From: Candidatus Omnitrophota bacterium
GTDB taxonomy: Bacteria > Omnitrophota > Gorgyraeia > B26-G9
Direction: 5' to 3'
NCBI GenBank assembly: GCA_018817585.1
Contig: JAHITE010000094.1
Coordinates: forward strand, 1 to 58,959
DNA: 58,959 bases
Position 1 is the first letter of the stretch; each line of letters starts with the position of its first letter. The notes below the pieces were generated by a model, which saw nothing but the letters and a program-made list of their open reading frames with translations, did no database searches and was not told the DNA's origin. Below, piece by piece: positions 1 through 10,700 of the stretch. The position numbers and the translations under genes are program-made.

Positions 1-1418
1 CAAGAGGAGATATATTGGGTATTTTAAGTGTGGATAATTGGGAAAAACCGCTCGCGGACAATCCTGATCTTTCTGAACCGATATTCACGCCTGGAGCGGA
101 TAGTCAGCAGAAAATAAAAAGTCTTAAAATGTTCGCGCAGCTAAGCGGATTGGCAATGCAAAGAATTGATTTTAAACGCAAGGAACAGGGTATAGATAAT
201 TTGCAGGAATCAGAAGCCATTCTAAGGGAAATATTACATGGCCTTAGGAATAAAATAATGAAGATTCGGGGGTATTTGACTAGAATTGAGGCTAAAGAAA
301 CTAAACAAAAAGTTAAGGAAAGCGCTGAGAAAATCAATTATTTATTTGCTAGTTTAGTTTTAAGGGTAAAAGGATCAGGTGAAAATTTAAAAGTTGATTC
401 TGTTTTGCGGCCCGGAGCATTGATTGATAGAGTTTTGCAGATTATTGAAGAATCAGTGGTTCTTATCCGTAGTCATGATCCAGAGAAAGTAAATGCTTTG
501 TTTCAGGGGTATACAAAACAACTACGTGATGCGGTAAGAAACTCGGGAAATGCGGCTTCTCAGCAGCAGCAGGATTTTTGGGATTTTCTGGATGATTTTA
601 AAAAACTGGCTGTTTATCAGGCTGGTTTGTTTGGCAGGAGGGAGGAGCTATTTGTTATTCATCAAGAGATCCAAAAATCTTGGCAAGAAATAGAGCGGAA
701 CATTAATTCTTTGCTTTCTGTTGAAGATGCTGACATTAATTCTCAAGAGCGAAAAAATCTAACGGACATACTCATGGCTTATACGGCGGCGAAAGAAGAC
801 TATGATAAATATATTGATTTATGTAATGATTTGGCATCGCGGGGTTTTTTACAAAGATCTCTGGATTATCAAAAAACCGACATTAATGAGTTAATGAAAG
901 TTATTGATGATCGGTGGTTATCCGGTAAATTAGAAAGCGGGATTAGGATAGATAATGATTTACCAAAAGTGATTGTGGATAGTCAGATTTTTCTTTCTGT
1001 TTTTGATGAGTTAATAATGAATGCTGAGAAATACGGAGGAAGTTCTGTATCGATTGATGTTTCTATGGATAAAAAACAAAAAGATTTTGCGCGTATAGAC
1101 TTTACTACAGCAGGAAGAGGGATCGCGGAAGATGAATGGGAAAAAGTTTTTCTTGATGAGTATCGTGTTGTTAAAGATGACGGGCTGGGAACAGGGTTGG
1201 GGCTTTATGCTGTAAGAAAAAACTTAGAACGTATGGGCGGTAAGATATCTATTACTAAAAGTGTTTTAAAAAGCGATAATCAGAAAGGTAGTGTCACTTT
1301 TTCTATTGAGATTCCGGTAGTAAATGAAGCCAGCTTAATTAAAGATGACTTTTCAAAAACACCTTTACTCAATAGAAAAAATATAAATAAAAATTCTTTA
1401 ATTGCTGTTTCTATTTAA
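1..1418 (+). CDS. Sensor histidine kinase, probably 5'-truncated by the window edge
   Basis: The frame of ORF 15..1418 stays open back to nt 3 (R-G-D-I precede the TTG at 15). H-box-like REILHGLRNKIMKIRGYL. HATPase_c N-box FDELIMNAEKYGG, G1 TTAGRGIAEDEWEKVF, G2 GLGTGLGLYAVRKNLERMGGKISI. No TM segment in the visible part. Confidence 0.75.
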   Translation, partial: RGDILGILSVDNWEKPLADNPDLSEPIFTPGADSQQKIKSLKMFAQLSGLAMQRIDFKRKEQGIDNLQESEAILREILHGLRNKIMKIRGYLTRIEAKETKQKVKESAEKINYLFASLVLRVKGSGENLKVDSVLRPGALIDRVLQIIEESVVLIRSHDPEKVNALFQGYTKQLRDAVRNSGNAASQQQQDFWDFLDDFKKLAVYQAGLFGRREELFVIHQEIQKSWQEIERNINSLLSVEDADINSQERKNLTDILMAYTAAKEDYDKYIDLCNDLASRGFLQRSLDYQKTDINELMKVIDDRWLSGKLESGIRIDNDLPKVIVDSQIFLSVFDELIMNAEKYGGSSVSIDVSMDKKQKDFARIDFTTAGRGIAEDEWEKVFLDEYRVVKDDGLGTGLGLYAVRKNLERMGGKISITKSVLKSDNQKGSVTFSIEIPVVNEASLIKDDFSKTPLLNRKNINKNSLIAVSI

Positions 1419-1536
1419 GCTTGTTTTTATCGAAAAATCAGGTTGAAAAATAGATAAATAGCATGTTTCCGGTCTTTTAAAAGCAATTTTTTAAAGATTA
1501 GGTAAAAGCTTAAAAATCATGCTCATATCTTATTTA

Positions 1537-1550
1537 TTTGCAAGTAGTTG
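1537..1550 (+). repeat. Direct repeat copy 1 (TTTGCAAGTAGTTG)
   Basis: Exact 14-mer recurs at 1728..1741. Sits about 27 nt upstream of the -35 box at 1577. Contains TTGCA-N5-TTGCA. Confidence 0.6.
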
Positions 1551-1576
1551 CATTTATAAAAAAGTTAAAAAAAATA

Positions 1577-1605
1577 TTGACCGTATGTACTTTATATGCT
1601 ATACT
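1577..1605 (+). promoter_or_regulatory. Sigma70-type promoter with extended -10, upstream of the giant gene
   Basis: TTGACC (1577..1582), 17-nt spacer, TGC then TATACT (1600..1605). Confidence 0.5.
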
Positions 1606-1727
1606 TAAAATGTATTAAAAAAGTGCATGTAAAATTAATATATGTGCTTGAAAATAAAGTGATTTAGAAAAATATAAGACTTATAATTTAATCTGAACAA
1701 ATGGTCACCTTATCCCTATTTTATATT

Positions 1728-1741
1728 TTTGCAAGTAGTTG
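1728..1741 (+). repeat. Direct repeat copy 2 (TTTGCAAGTAGTTG)
   Basis: Identical to 1537..1550. Lies in the predicted 5' leader of the giant gene, 45-60 nt before the candidate ATGs. Confidence 0.6.
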
Positions 1742-1785
1742 GGCAAATCTTGGAATTTAGGGGCCAAGATGTAAGCACTCAAAAG

Positions 1786-4700
1786 ATGTTTAGCAGGGGA
1801 AATATGTTTAACTCAGGGAAAAAACACAATATATATTTCAGAGCAATTTCCGCCGTGATTATTCAGGCGTTTTTGCTTAGTGATATTGCTTTTGCCGCTG
1901 GCGGTGATCTGCGCTGGCTGAATAATGATAATTCCCAATCTTCTACTCTGGCTCCTGGTACCGCTATCCCGCAGGGGACTTTTCGTACAAAATTTGATCT
2001 TATTTTAGCACTTGTATCTGCTTTTGAAAAAAAAGATAGCGCTGATTTGCCGCTGGGAATGAACTATATTGATCCAGCGAATTCAATTGTAAAATTTGAA
2101 GGCAAAGATTCAGATCTTTTTATATTTGAGGCAAATAAAGATAATGTTCCATTGGTTTTAAAGAATGCGGCCGATCAAATCAGATTTAATGGATATGTTA
2201 TAGCGACTCTGCCCAAAGAAGTTCAAAAAATTCCGGAAGATTATGTTGAGGTAATAAGTGAAAAAAGCTTTGCTGAAAAGCTTGCGGCTTTAAAAGCTCA
2301 GGGCAAAGACTTTGATCCCCGGGCAGCTTTAGAACTGGTAAAGCAGTCCATACTATTAAATGGATTTACTGGCCAGTCTGAAACTATTGGCGCAAAACAA
2401 TATGCTCCTTGGAAAAAAAATAAATGGGATGTGCAAAAGCAGGCTATTGCTTTAATGACCTCAGGCGTAATTGTGCGCATGCCGACATCAGCAGGTAAAA
2501 CCTTTGTATTCAATGGCGTCAGTGTCTTAAGAAGTTTGGCAAATAAATGGAATCCCAATGCTCTCAAAGAAGTTTCCATTGTTCACACTGAAGAAGGACT
2601 TGTTGAAAGAGACGCCAGAAACGCGGCTCAGGTAAATGCTGATTTCGGGCTTACCACTGGATATGTTGTTTCTCGCGACGGCAGGAGAATTGCTTATTTT
2701 GTTGATGTAAACGGCAATGAGTCTGAATTGCCGGGCGGAGAAAAAGAGCTTTATGCTACAGCTGACATTGTTTATTTAAATATTAGTAATTTTATTTTCC
2801 GTTTTCTGGATGATAATTTTACCGCGCGTTCTGAAGCGGATATGGCATTGAATTGGGGCAAACAGACCTATTTTCTCGCTTTTGATGAAGGAGATGTTCC
2901 TTTAGATATTCGCGCTTTTAATCCGCATACAATTTCCGGAGGAGCTTCGCTTACTGGACAAGGTTTACAGCAGATTTCTGAACAAACCCTTAAAATGCAG
3001 GAAATTATTGATCAAATGATCCAAGGCGAGTTATTGCCGGTCAGCAATGAATTATGCAAAAAAAATGATGATTCTAAAACAGTTAGTCTGACAAAACGCG
3101 GCGAGCAATGGTTAAAAGCTAAATTAAATACAATTAGCGCGTATACTGATAATAAAGATAAAGCTTCAGTATTTGCTGATCAGACTTTATGGCAGGAATT
3201 TACTGAACTCGCTTTATCCGCGTATGTCTATTATCAGAATGGCCAGGATTATATTATCTCAGATGAAAATAAAGTGGTTATCATTGATAAAGATAATAGC
3301 GGTATGCAGATGCAAGGCATGAGCTGGAGTAATGGCTTGGATATTGCTGTGCGGTTAAAAGAACGCCGCAATGGTCTTGATATTGAAATCAAGCCTGATG
3401 CCTTAAATGTTGCGTCCATGATTTTACCGGTAATTTTAAGTAATAAATTAGGTCTTGTTTCCGGAGTCACTGCGGCTTCTGCTACTATTGGAGAAAAAAC
3501 AGCTGATAAGTATGGATTAGAATTTAAAAATCTTAGCGGTTTGGATCAGGTTTCAAAAAGAGTAGAACAGATTATCCTGAGTTCAGATAAACAGGAATCA
3601 ATGCAAAACGCGATTGACGCGCTGGTTGTGATGAAATCAGATCAAAGCGCAACGCGGGAAATGGCTGATTGGGGAATTCCTGATAATGCCGGAGCTGTGC
3701 TTGTGCGCTGCGATAATGAAAATCAGGCAGCTGATTTTACTGATCAGCTTTTACAAAAACAAGCTATGTCCGAGCGGAATATTGTGCGGATTACTCAGGA
3801 TGGGAAGATTACTGACGCCAAAGGCGCTGAAATAGCAAACCTCAGCTTGGCTGATCTTGATTCTTTGCTTGCGGATGATAATGTGGACAATGTTATTATT
3901 GAATTTGTGTCTAAAAATCATGAGTCTGTATTTGGCGGTAAAATGTTAAAAGATAAGGTAGAGGCACTTTCTAAAAACAGTAAGGTTATTATTGTTTCTA
4001 CCAATATAGCAGGCCGCGGAGTTGACTTTAAAGGCGACAGAATGGTGGTTATGTCTTTAAGTGCTGATGCCTCTGAAGAAACAGATATTCAGCTTAGAGG
4101 CCGCAGCGCGCGTGATGGCAGAGAAGGATTCTTTTTTGGTTTTTGGTCGCCGGAAGATTTTAATAATTATAAAAATCTTGTTTCGGAACAATTAGCTTAT
4201 TTAAACAGCAAAGTCAGGGTTGGTAAGCCGCATACATTTATTATGAGCAATGATTCCAAAGCAGCTGATCGCAGCCAAAAAATTATCACGGCCATACGTA
4301 AAAGTATAAATGATAATAAGCAAACCATGGAACAGCAGCAAAAAGCTTTTGGTGAGTTTTTGTGGCAGGAAGCGGACGCGAAAGGGAAAAACCAAGGATT
4401 TGCCCGGGAACATGTAATGTATCGAAGAAGTATAGTTACTCAAGGTTTAAATTCCTTAGGTATTCCTCAGCATATCATTCAATCAATCAGAGAAAAGATC
4501 GCTCAGGCGGTTGAGAATAAAATCACTTTTTTTCTCCAGCCGGAAGAATTTGTAAATGAAATTTTAAGCAAAGAGTTTGGCTTGAGCGATATAGACGCGC
4601 GAACAATTAAGCAGTCTTTAGAGTCAGGAGATTATGATATTGCCCAAGCTGTATTTTCTGTTATCGAAACTGTGCTTAAAAATCGCGCTTTGGAAATTGT

Positions 4701-7700
4701 TGACCAACAGTGGACACGTTTTTTAAGTGAATCAGAATGGAATAAACATCGATTAGAAAAAATATCAACGCGCTCTGGATATGAAAAGCAGTTTATAAAA
4801 CCGCAGATGATTTACGCGGAAATTAAGCGGATTACCGCGAATATATTTGAACGGACTAAAACCGTAACTCAAGAAGAGTTGGGAAAGAATGTAATTGCTC
4901 TGGCTTTTCAGCTGGCGGGAAAAGATCCTACAAGTGAAGAGATGGATCAAGCGCAAGCAGCGGCAGATAAAATAAATACTCTTTCCCTTGGTCAAAGAAT
5001 AAAACTCTTAACTTTAAGAATCGGTCCAGCGGCTATCGCCATATCGGCTAATATTGCTTTGGCTGTTTTAATTGGCGTAATATTTAAAGCGCTTAGCATA
5101 GGCGGCGTCGGCAGCGCGGTGGGTTTACCGGTTATTGGCAGCGCTATCAGTTTATTTCTTAGTTTAGGTCCTGTTGCTTTGGCGGCGATTACCATCGGCG
5201 CGGTAATGATTGGATTCGCGCTTAATTCACAGGTAAAGCGATTATCTCAGGTTGATTCCAGTATTGCCAAAATGGCTGACGCGATCGCGATTGGCCATCG
5301 GCAGTCTTTAAAAGACATTGGAAAAACAGTCGGATTAACTGCCTGGCGCAAGACGCTTACGGTAACTGCTACTTTCGCTCCTTTTGTTGCCGCGATGACG
5401 CTTTTTTCCTATATTGGTTCAGCGGCGTTTATTGCCGGTACTATCGGCAATACGGTTTTACTTGCTTCTGTGGTATTAGGGGTTGTCGGGATTATATCTT
5501 CAGGTTTATTGCTGTTTACCAGCCGCAAAGATTTAAAATCAGCTCCTTTGATGCCTATGACCAGCGCGAAAAGATTTTTCCGCGGCGGAATTTTTGGTTC
5601 TTTAGTTACTTTAGGAACATATGCTTTTGCTTTTGTTTCCAGCGGAACTTTTGGCGTGCCGGTGATTATCGGTATTGTTGGGGTAGGAGCAAGTATGCTG
5701 ATCGCTAAAAATATATTCGCGCTTAGCAGTGATAATATCGCGGTTAAAGGCTGGATTACTCCTTTAGGGTTTCTTGCCGGTATTGCAGCGGCAGCGGCTA
5801 TTGTTTTAGGCATAGTTCCTTTATTAGGAGTTCAGGTTATTGATTCAATTCGTATCGCGATGAGCACTGGAGTTATGCCGGGAGGCGGAGTTCTTCAGGT
5901 TGTGGGCTTCCTGGTTACAGCTTTATTTTCTTTACAAGGCATAATGTTTTTTAAATCCCAATATTCTACTGGTCAGAAAATCGCTAAACAAGAAGTTGGT
6001 TTTGATGGCAAAGCAAAAAAATCTAAACAAACAATCTTTACTTTTTTGGCAATGGGACGAGCTTCGGCTCTTCAATCCCGGATGGTTATGATTACTACTG
6101 GTTCAATTATGGGATTAGCCGTTACCGTAGGTGTTCTGATACTCGGAGTAAAATTAATTGCCATGCTGCCGCTGATTGCTTTATTTACTGTTGGTACTTT
6201 TATTTCTAAGGTAATTATCAGGAAAATTTCCACAAAACCCACAGACTATTCTGCTTTAGCTAAGCGTAAAGTAAAAAACTTTGCCGGAATACAGTCTCAA
6301 TTAAATACAGTAGGCCTTAATCAGTTTTCGGAAAATATTGGTTTAATTATCAATCAGTTTAAGCAAGAGGTTGGTAATTCACAAAATCCCACCAGCTTAG
6401 CTTATAGTAAATTAAATGGAATGATTGAAAAAGATAAGCTTCTACAGACTTTTCTTATTGCCCTGCAAAGTTCCAGTCCTAATGACGGCAGTTTCTTTTC
6501 CAAAGCGGAAATAAAGCATATGATTGCTAAAATTCCCATGGAAGATTTAAATTCTCAACAGCGAGCGGCGTTTACTAAAGCAATAATCGCTTTATTGGTT
6601 GAGCTTAATTTAGCTAAGGTCGGAGTAAATAGATTATTCAACATTGCGGTAAATCCGGAAAAACTTACCAAAGCTTTGCAGATTTCAGTTATGCCGTTTA
6701 TGGGAGCAACAATGCTGGCTTCTGTGCCGACAATGGCGGCAGCATCAATCAGCCAAAACGCGCAAAGTCCTTATGAAACAGCAAAAGCAGACCTTCCTCA
6801 AAATACTCCAGAAATAGCGGCTTATTATGCTAACTTGGCTGAGCAGGCAAGAAATGAGCGGCTAATTGAAATTCCGGATATAGAACAAGAACAGGCTTTA
6901 AATCAATTTGTCAGTAAGTTCAGAATTCCGGTTCTTACCGAATACCAGACAAACCTGGCTTGTGAATTCGGGGCAATTCGGGAAAATGGAATCCGTACTC
7001 ACAAAGGTTTTGATTTTCTTGTCCAGGCAGGTACGAATATTTATCCGACAATGCCGGGCAGAGTTGTTTTTGCCGGACAAGGTACTGGGTATGGCAACCT
7101 TGTTGTTGTCGAGCATGAAGTTGAGAATGGTATCTCAGGGCGGATAGATTATTTTTATACTCTATACGGGCATAATCAGTCTAATTTGGTGAAAACCGGA
7201 GATTATGTGGGAGTTAATGAGCCGATAGCAAAAGCCGGGGTAACCGGTCATGCGTCTTCACCTGATGGCGGATGTGTACATTTTGAAATTAAACAGGCTG
7301 AAAAGAAGATTAATGATTATTATCAATACATAGCTTTAACAGCGCTGGATCCTGAAGCTGTTTTAGGTAAAGATCTGCATCTTATGGCTGATATCAGCAA
7401 ACGTAATGAACCAATTTTGGTTGCCTCAATAGATCCGAGTATGCCTTTGTTTAGTTTAGCTAAAAATAAAGAGCCAAAAGTTATTGGTCAAGCACCTCCT
7501 CCTCCAGCTAAAGAACAAGTTAATGTTTCTAAGCCTGCTCCATATTCAAGTTTTGCCGGGATTATTGGCAAAAAAATTGTTTTAAATCAACTAATAAAAG
7601 GTAATTCCTGGGCTCAGGCAGCGCAGAAACTTTTTGGAAATCCGCATCTTTGGGCAACATTGCGGGATATATATGCGCGGCAACATCCAGACGAGAACGT

Positions 7701-10700
7701 TGTTGGGACATTAATAATTAATATTGCTAATGGCGCTACTTTAGAGATCACGGAAGAATTAGCAGCCTTACTTAGTCCTGAATTTAAAGCGACTATTGAT
7801 CCTAGAAATGCAGAGCAGATTATTCAGCCAACAGTTCATCAAACAGTTTTGCCTATAGTTCCTGAAGCAGGAAGTCAAGTAACTGCGCGAGTATGGAAAC
7901 ATACTGTTGAACCAGGGGATTGCTTATCTAAAATAGCCCAGGATCTTTTAGGCAGTCACAGGTTATGGCCAAATTTCCGGGAAATTTATAATCAGCAGAA
8001 TCCGAATAAGAAAATAATCGGGACTTTAATTTTCGCTAGTGACACCTTAACCTTGAACATTACGGATGAAGTTGCGGCTTTAATGACTCCCGCGGCAAGA
8101 GAGAATCTTAATCTAAAACCTGCGGCAAGCGGACCGCCGCCGGCCATAGCAAAATTAACTGCTTCGGATACACCAGCTGCTATTGCTAATCCTGTTTCCA
8201 ATAATGATGATCAAGATCAAGATAGCTTTGCTATTCGTGATCAAGTGGCTGCGCGTGCTAAAGAATTAATGGCTTCGCGTGCCGCGGAATTAGCTAAAAA
8301 GAAAAATGCTGAAACTGAAAAAATTTATTACTCTGATCCTGCTAAACCAACCCCTGCTCGCAACTATGAACGCGGTCTTGCCAATGCGATTATAAAAATT
8401 TTAACTAATGCCGCGGAAGGCGGACATTTTGCGGTGGCGGAAAACCCTGCATTAAGTGATGAGTTAAAGACAGCTGGCAATTTATATTTTTATCATAAAG
8501 GTTCGGAACAGGAAATTGGTGCGCGTGATGGAAGTTTGCAAAAACTTATTGATGCTGATCGCGCCAGTAATACAGCCAAAAATGTGGCAGATATTGAGAT
8601 CTGGATTGGCAGTAAATATCTAAAAGATACTAAAGGTAATATTTTAAGAGATAAAAGAAATAATCCAATATTAAATGAATTAGCAAAACCATATATTCCG
8701 CTTATTGATAATAAGCCGCTGGTTTATGATTCTCTTAGCCAGCTGAGTGATGTGCAGAATTTATTGCATTTTTACAAATTTCCAACTCAGCTGGAGAATA
8801 GAGATAGCTTTGGCCGAGGTCAGGAATTAACCAGTCCGTCTGAGATTAGAGATTATCAGGCCAAAGGCTTTCCTTTAGATATTTGGATTGAAGGAAAAGA
8901 TGTTGGCGGTCAATATTCATACCGTTTGAATTTTGGTACAGTTGCCGCGAATATGACCCTGGACGATGTAAATGATTATGCCAGAGCAAGAGTTTTGCAA
9001 TTGGAAGTTGTGGGTAAAATTTTAAGTAATCTTGATCGCGAATCTCAGCAGCAAATGATCAACGACGCGAATACTAAGGGGATTACTCCTTTTGGGGCTG
9101 CGGCTATTCCAAATATCGCTGGGAAATTGCCGGAAAATCCAATGATGAAGGAAAATCCGTATATTGGAGCGATTGTTGCCCAAAGAGGCAGTAATCCGTT
9201 TGAAGTTAAGACTTATTTGCAAAGCGATAACCTGAATCAGAATTATATTGAAGTATATAATGCCCAGAAACATATCTCAAAAGCAGAACGGCTTGAAAAA
9301 ATAGATAAAAATACTAATTTTGATAATGTTTATTATTTCTCTAAAGACTCTGCGGGAAAATTACTTCAAAGAAAAATGCATTTTCTGAGTTATAATCGCC
9401 AGGGTAAATTAGTCGAAGTTAATGCCCGCTCGGCTCATGATGTAATTGTTTTGGAAACAGAAGGAGCCAAAGGAGACTGGGCTAATTGTGATATTTTATG
9501 GTTTGGCAAAAACGCGACTAATAAAGAAATTTTGAATGTTTCTATTGGTACTTTAATGCATCAGATCGCGGTTGAGAATGCCAAGAAAACAGAAAAACAG
9601 TTAAAACGCAGAATGGTGCTTGAGACAGCTTTAATTCCGTTAAATGTTATGGGCGGATTTGGTGTAGGCGGTATTATTGGGCAATTGTCGCAGCCAGGTG
9701 CTCAGGCCGGCATCCGTTTAATATATGATAGTTTATTTACTGCCTGGGAAATGCCTACAGGCGCTAAAATAATGGGCCCGCCAAGCAAAGATACTGTTGA
9801 GACTTTTATTTCCAGTTATTTGTTTTTTAATCAAGGCCCTGGCAAAAATAGGCCGGCAGAACAAAAAGGTCTTGAATTTATTACCAAAGAGGATAAAGCA
9901 GGCAACCTAACTGTTACAGATAAGGAATTTGCTGCTTATTTAGAAAAACAGAAGAAAGATAAAAAATCAGATCTTAATCTCTGGCTGACCATGGCCATGG
10001 ATGATCAAGCAAGCATAGGATTTGTTAACTATGTCCAGGGGCAGCGGAAATTTGCTATTGCCATGTTTAGCGCGGGAATACTGGATAACTTAGCACGATT
10101 GAACACCGAGAGTTTTAATGCTCCGGGCAATGCTTTTAGAAATATTCTGGCCAGCAGATATTTTAGTTTAACTGGTGAAGTTAATGTATTAGCAGTAATC
10201 GGGGCAATTGCCGGCAATGATGTTTTAGGTGCCGGAGCTAATTTTGGCGCGTTTAAAGAAGGCTGGGGAAATTTCTGGGAAAATTACGTTAATTTCTTTG
10301 GGGTTACAGTTGACGCCAAAGCAGTGATTAATAGCTTAAGTACTTTATTTACAAAAGACAAAGTATTTGAATATAGTCCTGAGCTGCCTAAAAAACGCGC
10401 TTTTGGTCTTTATTTTCTGGGATTTCCGATAATGACCTATTTTGATCTTAAAAATACTCAGGGATTTATTAATTCTTCTAATTCTTTTGCTTTTGAAATG
10501 GAAAGCAGCAGCAATCTTTTTGATAAAAAATGGTGGAGAGATAAAGTCACTGAATATACTGAAGAGGATTTTCAAAAACTCAAGCTGGTTCCTTTAGGAA
10601 AAGTCAAAGCAGAAGGTGAAAAAGGTCAGCCGGTTTGGAGGGTTTATTATATTAATGCTGATACTGGAGGGATTGTATTCTTGGGAGAAAAAGGATATGC

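Noticed and set aside
1729-1785. TTG at 1729 as the start of the giant gene.
   Set aside because: It lies inside the repeated 14-mer of the leader. The paralogs place only about 10 residues before the conserved leader, which favours ATG 1804 (or 1786). This cannot be settled without N-terminal data.
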